DNA of 32,169 nt from a virus: positions 1 to 32,169 of IMG/VR virus record IMGVR_UViG_3300045988_177309; one strand, 5' to 3'. The position numbers were made by a program, and so were the translations under genes. Within the stretch, counting starts at the first letter, position 1. Every line of letters starts with the position of its first letter. Below the pieces are notes generated by a model. That model saw nothing but the letters and a program-made list of their open reading frames with translations, was not told the DNA's origin and made no database searches. Of this stretch, positions 1 through 9,307 are shown in pieces.

Positions 1-266
1 ATGTAAACTATCCAATTAAACAGAAGCCAACCATAAAATAAGCTGGGTTCAGTAAGATAATAACTCATTTGCGGCATTTGTTCTGTTTTGCTAGCACAAA
101 GTTTGCACAGATCTTCATAATACATATCCTCAGCACTACCATAAATTGCGATACAGCAAGCTGTAAGCATAGGAAGCGTTATATTCCAAGAGCAAGAAAA
201 GCCTTGAATGTGCCGTGCAATACAGAACACAAGAATTATTGAATAAAGGATTATTACTATTGTCAT
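1..266 (-). CDS. hypothetical small membrane protein (C-terminal part runs off window start)
   Basis: ATG at 266-264 overlaps the TGA of the 263..997 gene (ATGA). Hydrophobic N-terminus MTIVIILYSIILVFCIA. Open to window edge. Confidence 0.4.
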   Translation of the reverse strand, partial: MTIVIILYSIILVFCIARHIQGFSCSWNITLPMLTACCIAIYGSAEDMYYEDLCKLCASKTEQMPQMSYYLTEPSLFYGWLLFNWIVY

Positions 267-997
267 GCGGGAACCTCCGTTACATAGCATCGAGTAAGGT
301 AGTTTTGTCGCGTATTTTGGTAGACCTTATGCGCTTTAATAGTGCCGCGCACATTATATATCATGCCCTGTTCCAGGGTTCGCGCGCTTGTAACCCAGAC
401 AAACTCATTGCCTTCCTCATCAACCATAATGTGCATAGTACTGGGCGAATAATCACCCTCAAGAGGTATTGTGCGCTTTACGGCGAGAGTGCGCTCAATG
501 CGATCACCTTCTTTACCAACAAACTGCGAGGTGGAGGGAGGGTAGATTAATTCATTAACTGCCGCAAGCACTGCTGAATCCGGTAAAAGTGTATTATCAT
601 CTTTAGCCACTTTTGCCCAGAGGAGTTGTTTAGGTTCAACGCAAGTAGGAATGTCTTGCGGCAATTCATCAGTTGATACGATATACCAACCAAAAAGTTT
701 ATGGAATCGCGCAATGCTCATGCGGAACCATTCAAGCGCCGCATAGGTATCTCCTGAAAAGATAGTGATATAACCTTTGGTAAAACCAAGCACTTCTTTA
801 AGAGATTTCGTTGAAGAGCTCTGTGTTTGTGGGGCTGCATCGCCCCACAAACGCATAAACTCCTTTTCAGAATAAGCCCGCACTTGTTTTTCTATTCCAC
901 TCTTGGTACGAACCTTTACATACATGCGGCCATTAATTGTATAGGGTTCACCTATTTGCTCTAAATTTTGGTAGGATTTTGCAACTAGCGCACTCAT
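263..997 (-). CDS. hypothetical protein (244 aa)
   Basis: Uninterrupted ORF in track. TGA stop. 8-nt gap to the next minus gene. No in-frame TAG. Confidence 0.6.
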   Translation of the reverse strand: MSALVAKSYQNLEQIGEPYTINGRMYVKVRTKSGIEKQVRAYSEKEFMRLWGDAAPQTQSSSTKSLKEVLGFTKGYITIFSGDTYAALEWFRMSIARFHKLFGWYIVSTDELPQDIPTCVEPKQLLWAKVAKDDNTLLPDSAVLAAVNELIYPPSTSQFVGKEGDRIERTLAVKRTIPLEGDYSPSTMHIMVDEEGNEFVWVTSARTLEQGMIYNVRGTIKAHKVYQNTRQNYLTRCYVTEVPA

Positions 998-1004
998 AAT
1001 TTTA

Positions 1005-1304
1005 TCAACTCCTTACTCTTTCATAGCTGGCGCAAGACAAATCTATCAGAACGTTAGTATAAGTCTTAGGTACATTAAAGTATTCATATATTACTATGCT
1101 GGCTTTTTCTACGGTCGGAGTTACCCAAGGCTTATCACGATTGGTGTCAAGGAACAAGCGGTGAGCTCCAAAAGCATCAAGGGGTTCGCCATTCAAGTCA
1201 ACAAAGAGATCCTCAACGCGGAGCTCTTCGTCAAATTCTTCCTGATAAGCGCAAGCGAGGTCAAGGAAGTCTATAACAGGGGTGTTCATAGTCTTGTAAA
1301 TCAT
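1005..1304 (-). CDS. hypothetical acidic protein (99 aa)
   Basis: ORF track. SD AAGGAGAAAAGATGCAATG on minus strand upstream of 1304. TAA stop. Confidence 0.55.
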   Translation of the reverse strand: MIYKTMNTPVIDFLDLACAYQEEFDEELRVEDLFVDLNGEPLDAFGAHRLFLDTNRDKPWVTPTVEKASIVIYEYFNVPKTYTNVLIDLSCASYERVRS

Positions 1305-1364
1305 TGCATCTTTTCTCCTTTTTTCTTTATGTATATATAATACTATATTTTTTATAAAAAATAA

Positions 1365-1400
1365 AAGAAGAATTACTTGCGGGAGCTTATCGCCGCAAGT
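1365..1400 (-). terminator. putative intrinsic terminator (hairpin acttgcgg/ccgcaagt then T-rich)
   Basis: Minus-strand transcript forms an 8-bp stem followed by aattcttctttt. Confidence 0.35.
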
Positions 1401-1625
1401 AATTCAAATTAAATTCTACTTCTTTAAGTTCTTCTACTACATGGTTTTCACGCAAACAATAGAAACTTATTGCAATAATTGCACAAAGTGGTATAATATG
1501 CGGCCGCAATGTTAAAAATTACGGCAATAGTGGGGATGCGGCGGACATACCGACCGTGCACCCCCAAAACGCCATTTTCAAGAATATCCATTTTTGATAG
1601 AGTTTTTTTCGTTTATTATTCATAT

Positions 1626-1904
1626 TTACCAACTTACTGTTACAAAATAGAGACATTCATTAGAATCTGGATAAGTGAGTTCTTTGCGAATTTTTTGAGT
1701 TTTATATCCAAATTCTTTAAGTATATTAGTTATATTATTACAATCTTCATCAGTCCAGTATGCAACTCTTAATTTATCATGAAGAAAATTAAGACATATT
1801 TCTGTTCTATCTTGACCTTTAGCAGCGGCACTATCTATCTCTTTTAGAACTATATTAAAATAATTTTTATTAGCTTTTTCCATCATTTCATGAGCGTAAT
1901 GCAT
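1626..1904 (-). CDS. hypothetical protein (92 aa)
   Basis: ORF track. TAA stop. Confidence 0.5.
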   Translation of the reverse strand: MHYAHEMMEKANKNYFNIVLKEIDSAAAKGQDRTEICLNFLHDKLRVAYWTDEDCNNITNILKEFGYKTQKIRKELTYPDSNECLYFVTVSW

Positions 1905-1953
1905 AATATTTTAATCTCCTTTTTTATTATATATATTATATATAATTTTTTTA

Positions 1954-2475
1954 TTATTGTCTAATATTATATATTATTCTAATCTCATTTGCAAACGGTG
2001 AGAAGAATTCCTCGCGTCGATAAGTATAGCCATTGCGACGCAACCATAGCAGTAATTGCGTGAGAGCATCTGACCCTTCGGCAAATTGAGGGTCAAGCGC
2101 CATTGGCATTAAAGGGTATTCTACTTGACCCATCTCACGAGCGCAGATTAAAGCGTTTTCGATGGTTTTTATTGCGTCTTTTTTTGTTTGATTAAATTTC
2201 TTATTGCGCTTGCGCAAGGTGAGCTCTGCACTCCTTTCTCTTTCTTGACGGAAACAAAATTTTTTGTTATAATAAATATATAAAATCTTGCCGTGGGGGG
2301 TAAAAGTAATTAATGTATTTGCTTGAAATTTTAGCTGGCGTAGTAATAGCCTTGGGGTGCGTATGTTCGGATTGCGCCTAGCGTGCGCAAGTTGATTCAT
2401 TATTAAGTGTATTTGTGCGCAGTATGTTAGTCTATACGGGTACCGCGCTTGAAACAATAATGTATGTTTTTGCAT
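1954..2475 (-). CDS. hypothetical protein; true start probably internal (about 2130-2165), 5' part may be noncoding
   Basis: ORF track. The N-terminal half translates to an implausible Arg/Leu-rich sequence over a palindrome-rich DNA stretch. Confidence 0.3.
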   Translation of the reverse strand: MQKHTLLFQARYPYRLTYCAQIHLIMNQLAHARRNPNIRTPRLLLRQLKFQANTLITFTPHGKILYIYYNKKFCFRQERERSAELTLRKRNKKFNQTKKDAIKTIENALICAREMGQVEYPLMPMALDPQFAEGSDALTQLLLWLRRNGYTYRREEFFSPFANEIRIIYNIRQ

Positions 2476-2579
2476 TTTTAGTTTGCGGGTTCACGCACTC
2501 TTTTTACTTTTGGATTAGCGTGCTGCTGTTTGCGCTATTAATTGCCGCAGTTGGCAATACCCGCAACCTTAAATTCTTT

Positions 2580-2828
2580 TCAGCTGTTTTCCTCAATTAT
2601 CATATCTTCAAGATTTACATTGGGGAGTTCTGGAAGAAAAACTATGCCACCATCTCGGAGAGACGATAATTTAAGTTCATAAAGATCTTCTGGGTCATAA
2701 AATTTTTCGAGTTGAGACATTGCTTCAGCATAGCTATCATCTGCAACTATACCATGGTCAGTGTATTCTTTATATTCATCCTCCATGTTTTTGAGAATGT
2801 ATTTAGCAGTATAGAAAAAAGTTTTCAT
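2580..2828 (-). CDS. hypothetical acidic protein (about 82 aa)
   Basis: Track ORF 2580..2930, which overlaps the upstream gene. Internal ATG at 2828 (MKTFFYTAKY...) avoids the overlap. TGA stop. Confidence 0.45.
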   Translation of the reverse strand: MKTFFYTAKYILKNMEDEYKEYTDHGIVADDSYAEAMSQLEKFYDPEDLYELKLSSLRDGGIVFLPELPNVNLEDMIIEENS

Positions 2829-2898
2829 AGTGTATTCCTTTCTTATATTGTAAGTGTGAGGTTTGCGAGTTTTAAGATTTATGGTATACGTTCGTAGA

Positions 2899-3381
2899 TC
2901 AAAGAAATCGGTTATTTTTGTAAATTCCATTTTTTCTTATATTGTGAGCATAGCTCAACGAGACTTCGTAAAAGATTGCCGCAATTTGAATAGGTTGGCA
3001 AGAGTCAAAGAAACACAATTTACCATTGATAAGATTGACAGTGTTATAATTTGGTATGTTTGTGTTAATCTTCATATAATAGCTTTGAAAAGCCATATTG
3101 TCAATAGCAAAAGTTTCTCCATAGCCTATGTCAGAAAAACGAGTGCGGTCAGCAGTGTTATTAACAAAGATGTCTGAAGGACAATCTACATCTACTGGAA
3201 TTACAAGATCATCGGGATTCCAAGAGCCATAATAGCCGTTTGAAAGATTGACGAAAGTGTTTTCTGACAATTTCATAAAATAGAAGTTTTTTGTGGAATT
3301 AGGCTCTATGAAAATTGCAGTGGGATCAAGTTCTGAGAATTCAACTTGCAATGGAGTGCTTTTTGAAACAAAGTTAATCAT
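2899..3381 (-). CDS. hypothetical protein (160 aa)
   Basis: ORF track. Strong RBS GGAGGAACCTAAATG on the minus strand. TGA stop. Confidence 0.6.
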   Translation of the reverse strand: MINFVSKSTPLQVEFSELDPTAIFIEPNSTKNFYFMKLSENTFVNLSNGYYGSWNPDDLVIPVDVDCPSDIFVNNTADRTRFSDIGYGETFAIDNMAFQSYYMKINTNIPNYNTVNLINGKLCFFDSCQPIQIAAIFYEVSLSYAHNIRKNGIYKNNRFL

Positions 3382-3526
3382 TTAGGTTCCTCCAAGAGAT
3401 GGCGTAGATTGCGGTAGTAGCGCAAGGTGAGAATTGGATTGTTTTTCATGGGCTTCGCCCCTTTCTTTTTTTGTGAAATTCTTTTCTTTTTCTTTATATA
3501 TATATTATAATATAAAATTTAATAAA

Positions 3527-3562
3527 AATAAAAGGGAAACTATATGTTTCCCTTTTATTTTA
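3527..3562. terminator. bidirectional intrinsic terminator
   Basis: aaaagggaaac-tatat-gtttccctttt hairpin flanked by an A-run and a T-run. Lies just 3' of the 3560..3868 minus gene. Confidence 0.6.
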
Positions 3563-3868
3563 TTTATTGTTGTTGTCAACTTCGTTGTCAACGGGTTTTT
3601 CTTCTGCGGAGTTAGCTTCTGCGGAACAAGGTTTCGCAGTAATCGGTTTCGGGTTGCCAATTAAAACGGCCGAGGAACCCACTTCTTCCACAAGAAGCTT
3701 AGAGATTTTATTTTTATCGGAGCGGAACGTTCCAACAATGTTAGCTACTGCGTCCGCATAATCGGCTCCCGCAACAATGCCATTGCAGAGGAGAGGAGTA
3801 TTTTCTTTTATGGAGCTTTCTGCGCCTGTGGCGCAGAATTCAAAGCTAAAATTATAAAGTTCAGTCAT
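3560..3868 (-). CDS. hypothetical protein (about 102 aa)
   Basis: Track ORF 3560..3946. Likely start is ATG at 3868 (MTELYNF...) preceded by GGAAATAA. TAA stop. Confidence 0.45.
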   Translation of the reverse strand: MTELYNFSFEFCATGAESSIKENTPLLCNGIVAGADYADAVANIVGTFRSDKNKISKLLVEEVGSSAVLIGNPKPITAKPCSAEANSAEEKPVDNEVDNNNK

Positions 3869-4092
3869 TGTACAATTATTTCCTTTATTATTTATTATGT
3901 ATATATTATAAGATATTTTTTGGAGAAAGTCAAGAATAAAATGCAAAGCTTGAATCCAGTAGACAAAAGAAAAAGGTTTGCGGAAATTGCGGCTTTATAT
4001 AATCACAAAAAGAGATTGGCGTCAAGCAGTTTCGTATAGATTGCGTACAGTTTGCGGAATTGTTAGAGGAGAAGAATTGTCGCCGTGAGTTT

Positions 4093-4161
4093 TAATTAAT
4101 TGTTCAAACTGCGTTTGAACAATTATAAAACATCACAGCGCTTTTGGGGCTATCGCCCCAA
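4093..4161. repeat. 12-bp perfect inverted repeat (aattgttcaaac-tgc-gtttgaacaatt) plus adjacent 10-bp stem-loop (cttttggggc-tatc-gccccaaaag)
   Basis: Read directly from the sequence. No adjacent T-run, so not a simple terminator. Confidence 0.7.
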
Positions 4162-4196
4162 AAGATAAATATATTATAGTATATTTTTTTAGAAAA

Positions 4197-4265
4197 GTAA
4201 AATTGTGCGAGCGGTAGCTCGCAAAGTAAAATTGTGCGAGCGGTAGCTCGCAAAGTAAAATTGTG
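4197..4265. repeat. iteron-like tandem direct repeats, about 2.5 copies of a 29-31 nt unit aaagtaaaattgtgcgagcggtagctcgc
   Basis: Direct repetition read from the sequence. Each unit contains an internal palindrome gcgagc-ggta-gctcgc. Confidence 0.8.
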
Positions 4266-4332
4266 CGGCTTTTTGGACAGAAGTTATTTATACATTAAAA
4301 AGATTCTTGTAGTCTAATAGAGGCCTCTTGAT

Positions 4333-4393
4333 TGTAACTATGTTTGTCATACCCATATATTATAATAGACCTGACAAACATAGTTACAATGAG
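4333..4393. repeat. 18-bp perfect inverted repeat ttgtaactatgtttgtca / tgacaaacatagttacaa around a 25-nt AT-rich spacer
   Basis: Read from the sequence. Lies 40 bp upstream of the first plus-strand gene. Confidence 0.8.
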
Positions 4394-4435
4394 CCCGTTG
4401 AGGTTGGTACATTATAATAAAGGAGTATAAAATTT

Positions 4436-5113
4436 ATGGTTATTGAAACAAGTCATTTTTATGTGTTTAAAAAAGAGTTTTGTAAAATGTTAAGAATACC
4501 GGATAATCAAGCAGACAGACGATTGAATGAATTATTAGATTGGTTAACTAATTTTTTTGATTTTGATTTTTATAAAGGTCATCCTAATCGAATTTTTATT
4601 AAAGAAGTATATGGGGATTATTAGCCTTTACCAAAAAGACCTCCAAGGCAAGATGCTTTAAATTAGTTAAAAAAAGAACGATATGATGAATATACTAAAA
4701 ATCAGTTTAATAAAAATATTTATGAACCTAATAGTATAATGAGAGTTGCTCGAAATGCTAGAGATGAGTTTGGCGAGGAAGAGTTTGGCCACACTAATGT
4801 TGAGGCTGTAGCACGCAGGTATGTAAAAGAATCTTTTTATAAGTATGGTGAAAATAATAATCATTTTATTTGGGTTGATTATTATGATTATTAGCCTTTA
4901 TCTGATGAATTATTGCTTGCTTGGAAGGAAATTAGAAGACAAGAGAATATCGATGAAGAAGAAGCTGCAAATGCTTTTTATGCTCAAGAGAATGGTGAAG
5001 ATATTTCTAAGTAGAAGAATGCTTATAAAGTAGCTTTAAGAAAGTTTAAAGAGCGATATGGTATTATTCCGGTTTGTGTTAAAGAATGGCGATTAAAGAG
5101 AACAGATAATTAA
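4436..5113 (+). CDS. hypothetical HTH-like protein; CDS contains about 4 in-frame TAG codons (read as sense)
   Basis: Track ORF 4436..4624 continues in the same frame through TAGs at about 4621, 4663, 4892 and 5012 to a TAA at 5111-5113. No TAA or TGA lies in the frame. RBS AAAGGAG upstream. Confidence 0.6.
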
Positions 5114-5446
5114 AAAATTCAATTAGGTATCAGCGTGGAGTGAAATAAAAAAAAATAGAAAATTGGGGAGGTGTAGTGACAGATCCCTTACTCCAACACC
5201 ACATTTATTTTATCGAACCCGTTATCATATTATCTTCCTCCTGGGCTTGTGCGCCAAGTTTACAATTTGATAAAAATATGTTATTATATATATAATGAAA
5301 AAAAAAATCAAATTTTGATTTCAAAACTGAAAATTCAATTCAAAAAACGAAATGAAAACTCCATTCTAAAATTCTCATTTTGAAACAAATTAAAACAGTT
5401 GTGTTAGTTGTTCTATTTTTTTACACCGGAAGAAAAGGAACACATT

Positions 5447-5473
5447 TCTGTGGGCTTGGCCCACATTTTTTTA
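5447..5473 (+). terminator. intrinsic terminator (tgtgggc-ttg-gcccaca + T7)
   Basis: Hairpin and T-run read from the sequence. Confidence 0.5.
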
Positions 5474-5646
5474 TACTCCTTTGGGCACGGATTAAATATT
5501 TTTTTATATAAAGTAGAAAAATATGACAAGTTTAATTATCTTGTCAGAGTTGTAATGAAAAATGGCCTCTCTATAAGACATATAGAGGTGCCAAAAAATA
5601 TTACAACTTTTTCTTGACTATTAGAGGAAAGGAGGATATTTATACT

Positions 5647-6396
5647 ATGAAATTATAGTTAGGAAAAATGAAAACTCAAGAATTGGCTGCTTGGTTTGGT
5701 GTATCGTTCGGTCATTTTAGAAATTCATCAGTGAAATTCTATGAAAAGCTTTCTCATTTTTGCGAATATGAAAAAGTTTATGGTGGTGTTATTATAAATG
5801 AAATATACCAAGATACTTATGAAAGAAACTTTGATGCAAGAACTGAATTATTAATTATTGATGAAGTATTGCGTTGTGCCAAAGAGAATGATAGTCTTGG
5901 AACTATAAGTGGTATGGCACGTTTATTTATGCTTTAGAATTACTTTACTAGTGAAAGGACTGCTAAAAGAATAATATCAAAAATTTTAGTTAAATTATTT
6001 GGTATAACTAAAGATGATGATAGTTATGGTGAAATAGGTAGTCGTGATTATATTTGGGGCATTAAACTTGATGATTATGATCATTATCGTCTTATGACTG
6101 GAGATGAAGTAATTTTATTTGATCAAATTATTACAGATTTCTATTCGCGCAGTCCTGATATAATTAAAAAAGCCGCATTATTAGCTGATGCAGTATATCA
6201 AGGCGAAATGAGCCCAGAAGAATTTTTTGGATTAATGCAAGCTGATGAACATGATTATTTGTCTTTTAGAAGCTGTATTAGACGTTTCCTTGAAAAAACT
6301 GGCTGTATTGTTGCACGCACAACTCGATTCCAAATATTTATAACATACTTAGAATCATATCGTGAAAAGCTTAAAGCTATTTTAAAAGAAAATTAA
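5647..6396 (+). CDS. hypothetical protein with N-terminal HTH-like segment; in-frame TAG at codon 4 and at about 5935
   Basis: Track ORFs 5668..5937 and 6094..6396 share a frame with no TAA or TGA between them. ATG 5647 has a strong RBS (GAAAGGAGG, 9 nt) and is in frame through TAG 5656-58. Confidence 0.6.
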
Positions 6397-6412
6397 TAGC
6401 ATTGTGTTAAAA

Positions 6413-6452
6413 AGGTTGCGGAAGGCAATAAAGCCTTCCACTTCCTTTTTAA
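6413..6452 (+). terminator. intrinsic terminator after the 5647..6396 gene
   Basis: ggaaggc-aataaa-gccttcc hairpin flanked by an A-run and ttccttttt. Confidence 0.55.
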
Positions 6453-7052
6453 CGAAGTTAATAAAAACCAAGCATTTTCATTAGGCGGCAAATTATATCT
6501 GGGCATTAAAAAATTTTTGGGCGTAAGGCAAAAATTGGATAATGCCTTGCCGCATTTTCCTTTTCCCTTTTGATTATAATATTATTATACAATATATTTT
6601 TATAAAAATAAACTGAAGCCGCGGCGGATTTAATTTGAAAGCGCGCAATTTGACAAGAAAATTTTTTTTCTTTCCTTTTGGAATTTTTGCTTTTTTTTAA
6701 TATTATAACATATTTTTTATAAAAAATCAAAAAATATAAAATGATTGGGTGGTGCCGGGGCGGAATAAAGATAAAATAAAAAAGCTGAGGATGCGTGAGC
6801 ACAACTCAACTTTTATGGGAAAATAGATGCATATGAGGCGAGCCGCTGGATTGAGCAAAAAATCGCCATATGAGGTTTGCGGGGGAAATACCGGAGCCTA
6901 ACAACCGGCTCCGGGACGCTGAAACTTAATTACAGGATTTTTTAGTTGGGGCACTTGAACCGCACTTGCGCAGAAAAAAATTTACAAGTCCTAATTAAAC
7001 TGAAATTCTGGTCGCCATGGCCAAGGGCGACCAGCTGAAAAAAAATAGGGGG

Positions 7053-7217
7053 TTATTCCCCTATGAGCCATTTTTTCAACAGTTCTGCGCATTCATAACA
7101 GTCAATCCCTTCATTGTCTCTTTCGCAATCAAAAGTTAAAGGGCAACAAGCGCAATCATTGAATGATTCTACAAAACTTTGCAAAATAGTATCAAGTCTG
7201 TTTTCATTTACCTGCAT
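7053..7217 (-). CDS. small Cys-rich (CxxC...CxxC) protein, about 54 aa
   Basis: Minus-strand ORF MQVNENRLDTILQSFVESFNDCACCPLTFDCERDNEGIDCYECAELLKKWLIGE with RBS GGAGGTTTGATAATATG. Too short for the track. Confidence 0.4.
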   Translation of the reverse strand: MQVNENRLDTILQSFVESFNDCACCPLTFDCERDNEGIDCYECAELLKKWLIGE

Positions 7218-7506
7218 ATTATCAAACCTCCTTTTGATGATATTATTATAGCACCAATAAATTTATTTGTCAAGCCCCCGCACGCAAAAATATAAAAAAA
7301 GAAGGGATTTTTTTCCCTCCCTTTTGGCTTTACAAAGCTGAATATAACGCGATATATAAGGCAATCTACTATTATCATCTTCCAGATTGAAAAGAGCTTC
7401 TGTTAAAATCTTAACGCCTTTCTTATCCAACTTAAAATTATTCTTATATAATCCTCCATAATATTCACCTTACGCGCGGGGGATTTTACCCCCGCGTTTT
7501 CCTTTC

Positions 7507-7860
7507 TTAAAATTCCGGTATTTTAATCGTGTAAGTTTTTCTAATTGTAACTTCTACACGTTCGGGAACCTGTTTACAGACAAATCTGTCATTTCGCACA
7601 TATTCCCCGATTTCTTCATCTTGCCAACGCTGGCGCGTTTTATCCTCAAAGCGCAATGTGTTATATTTGCTTAACGGCAAATGCCACAAATAAACAAATT
7701 CGCGCTTGCCTATTAGCTTATGTTTATCGGCTTTGCGATAGTTGCGAGTGTGTTCAACTCTGCGCCGCTCAAGATTGTTAGTCGTGCCGACTTTAAGAAT
7801 AAAGTCATCATTTTCATCAAGGTAACAGCCCACATAGAGAAATTCTTTTTCATTATTCAT
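7507..7860 (-). CDS. GIY-YIG-like nuclease domain protein (117 aa)
   Basis: FLYVGCY...ILKVGTTNNLERRRVEH matches the GIY / YIG / R..E(H) spacing of GIY-YIG/T5orf172-type domains. Start overlaps the upstream gene by 8 nt. Confidence 0.5.
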   Translation of the reverse strand: MNNEKEFLYVGCYLDENDDFILKVGTTNNLERRRVEHTRNYRKADKHKLIGKREFVYLWHLPLSKYNTLRFEDKTRQRWQDEEIGEYVRNDRFVCKQVPERVEVTIRKTYTIKIPEF

Positions 7861-8245
7861 CTTTTTTCTTCCTCTTTTGGATTAGATTTATTTCATAAGA
7901 ATTTCCCTCATAGTCAAAGATGACTTGGCGTTCTTCGTTCGTGACTTGGAGACTTTCGACCTTTGCGTTCAGCATTTCCGCAATTAGCGCAATTAATTCA
8001 GCCTTTGCGCCGTTTTTCTTTCTTTCGCGCTTCTGGAATTTGTAATTTGTTCCGGTTTGCTTTTTGTGGTCGCAATTAGTCATTTTTTTAGCAACCTTCT
8101 TTTGATCCGGTGTTAAGTCGTACTCCGTAGGCTTGCCATGTTCGACCGCTTCATCATAGGCCATAACTTCGCGGGCTTCGGCTTCGCTTATGTCCAGCGT
8201 TTTCATTAGATTTTCAAGTTTCGCTTTTTCTTGTTCTTTGGTCAA
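7853..8245 (-). CDS. hypothetical basic protein (130 aa); paralog of 10390..10773
   Basis: Shares ...KTLDISEAEAREV...YD... and ...YKFQKRER... with the 10390..10773 product. Confidence 0.6.
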   Translation of the reverse strand: MTKEQEKAKLENLMKTLDISEAEAREVMAYDEAVEHGKPTEYDLTPDQKKVAKKMTNCDHKKQTGTNYKFQKRERKKNGAKAELIALIAEMLNAKVESLQVTNEERQVIFDYEGNSYEINLIQKRKKKDE

Positions 8246-8287
8246 TGGCTCTCAAACCTCCTTTTGGAGGAAAAGGGGCAAAACCCC

Positions 8288-8662
8288 TTAACCTTCCAAA
8301 CCTTCCTTGGCTTCATCGCTCAGCGTAAAATGCGCCTTACGCTTAACCTCAGTGCGAATGACGATGCCCTCATCCTTCAACTTTTTTACAAGCTGGTTTA
8401 TACGGGAATGGGTTATGCTATCATCATCAAGAGCCTTGACTACTTCGGTAATAGTCATACCATCCTTGGGAGCGTGAAACAGAATAGCCTTGATGCGCTC
8501 GGTAAGGATTTCGTTTTCTTCCTGATGGGCAGTAGGCTTGCGAGTGCTTGAGCTCTTGCGGCTTAGCAGTTCAATTTCATGTTCAATGCCTGCAACAAGG
8601 TCAGGACGAGAAACAACTTCGCTCAGGGTCAGCAGTTCGGTAAACATTTCTTTCTTAGTCAT
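8288..8662 (-). CDS. winged-helix-like DNA-binding protein (124 aa); paralog of 10776..11141
   Basis: MTKKEMFTELL..RPDLVAG.EHE..LL.RK...RKPTA.QEE...ITEV.K.LD....SR.NQL.KK.KD.G....EVKRKA.F is conserved with the 10776..11141 product. Confidence 0.6.
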   Translation of the reverse strand: MTKKEMFTELLTLSEVVSRPDLVAGIEHEIELLSRKSSSTRKPTAHQEENEILTERIKAILFHAPKDGMTITEVVKALDDDSITHSRINQLVKKLKDEGIVIRTEVKRKAHFTLSDEAKEGLEG

Positions 8663-8752
8663 AGTATCAACTCACTTTCTGGTTTTTAAGTGTGTCCTTC
8701 ACTTAATAGTGATGCCCTTGGGAGTAGAACCCTGCTCCCTTGGAACGATTAT

Positions 8753-8781
8753 AGTATACACCATAATGCCGTTGGTGTCAA
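8753..8781 (-). promoter_or_regulatory. consensus sigma70-type promoter TTGACA-17-TATACT (minus strand) with conserved leader ATAATCGTTCCAAGGG
   Basis: Plus-strand agtata 8753-58 and tgtcaa 8776-81 with a 17-bp spacer. Leader motif is shared with 13001 and 13936. Confidence 0.65.
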
Positions 8782-8857
8782 CAGTTTTTTGGAAAAAATG
8801 AAAAAGTCAAGGGAAAGTTTTTTACAAACTTTCCCTTGAAAATTATGTTAATTATTT

Positions 8858-9301
8858 TCAATAGCTCACCGGATATTCATTACCCCTATATTCACCATAA
8901 ATATATTCATTGTTATAACAATCATAAGCGCAAATATAATTGTTACTTTTCCAATCATCATCATAATAATCTCCAAGGGTTTGCAAATACGTTTTCACTT
9001 CTGCGGGAATCCCATCGGCGGGTTTACGATTAACGAATTTTTTTTCGATAATAAATTCTCCGGTATTTTCTGACCAATAACCAAGCACCATTCCCCTTTC
9101 CATGTTGTCGGGATTATCCCATTCCCTTATACACTTGCCGATGTTGCCATTTTTTTCAATTTCATAAACTTCCATTGGGAACATACCATTGAATGCCTTC
9201 CAATTCTCAGTTATGCAAATAGGTGTGCGGTCTACATCACACTCGTATTGATCATTCAGCTCCCTACACTTTACAACAAGATACTTTTTCATTTTCATCA
9301 A
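8858..9301 (-). CDS. hypothetical protein (147 aa)
   Basis: ORF track. TAA stop. Confidence 0.5.
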   Translation of the reverse strand: MMKMKKYLVVKCRELNDQYECDVDRTPICITENWKAFNGMFPMEVYEIEKNGNIGKCIREWDNPDNMERGMVLGYWSENTGEFIIEKKFVNRKPADGIPAEVKTYLQTLGDYYDDDWKSNNYICAYDCYNNEYIYGEYRGNEYPVSY

Positions 9302-9307
9302 TTCCTT

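Noticed and set aside
1455-1495. Plus-strand promoter-like TTGCAA-17-TATAAT with NotI palindrome downstream
   Set aside because: It would transcribe antisense into the 1626..1904 gene with no plus-strand gene. Could be an antisense RNA, but there is no terminator or structure to support it.
2415-2669. Plus-strand hydrophobic ORF (84 aa) between minus genes
   Set aside because: No RBS or promoter. Overlaps the 3' end of the minus gene 2580... More likely a chance hydrophobic frame in GC-rich palindromic DNA, although the minus gene 1954..2475 model there is itself weak.
4197-4265. Tandem repeats as a CRISPR array
   Set aside because: Only about 2.5 contiguous copies with no unique spacers between them. 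Units are directly abutting iterons.
5150-5400. AT-rich stretch with repeated GAAA/TTTC motifs as a possible second origin
   Set aside because: No iterons or palindromes. Looks like a generic A-tract promoter-upstream region. Noted only.
5408-5617. Track ORF 5408..5617 (69 aa)
   Set aside because: Its 5' part is the terminator hairpin plus T-run at 5447-5473. No RBS. Lies in a promoter/AT-rich region.
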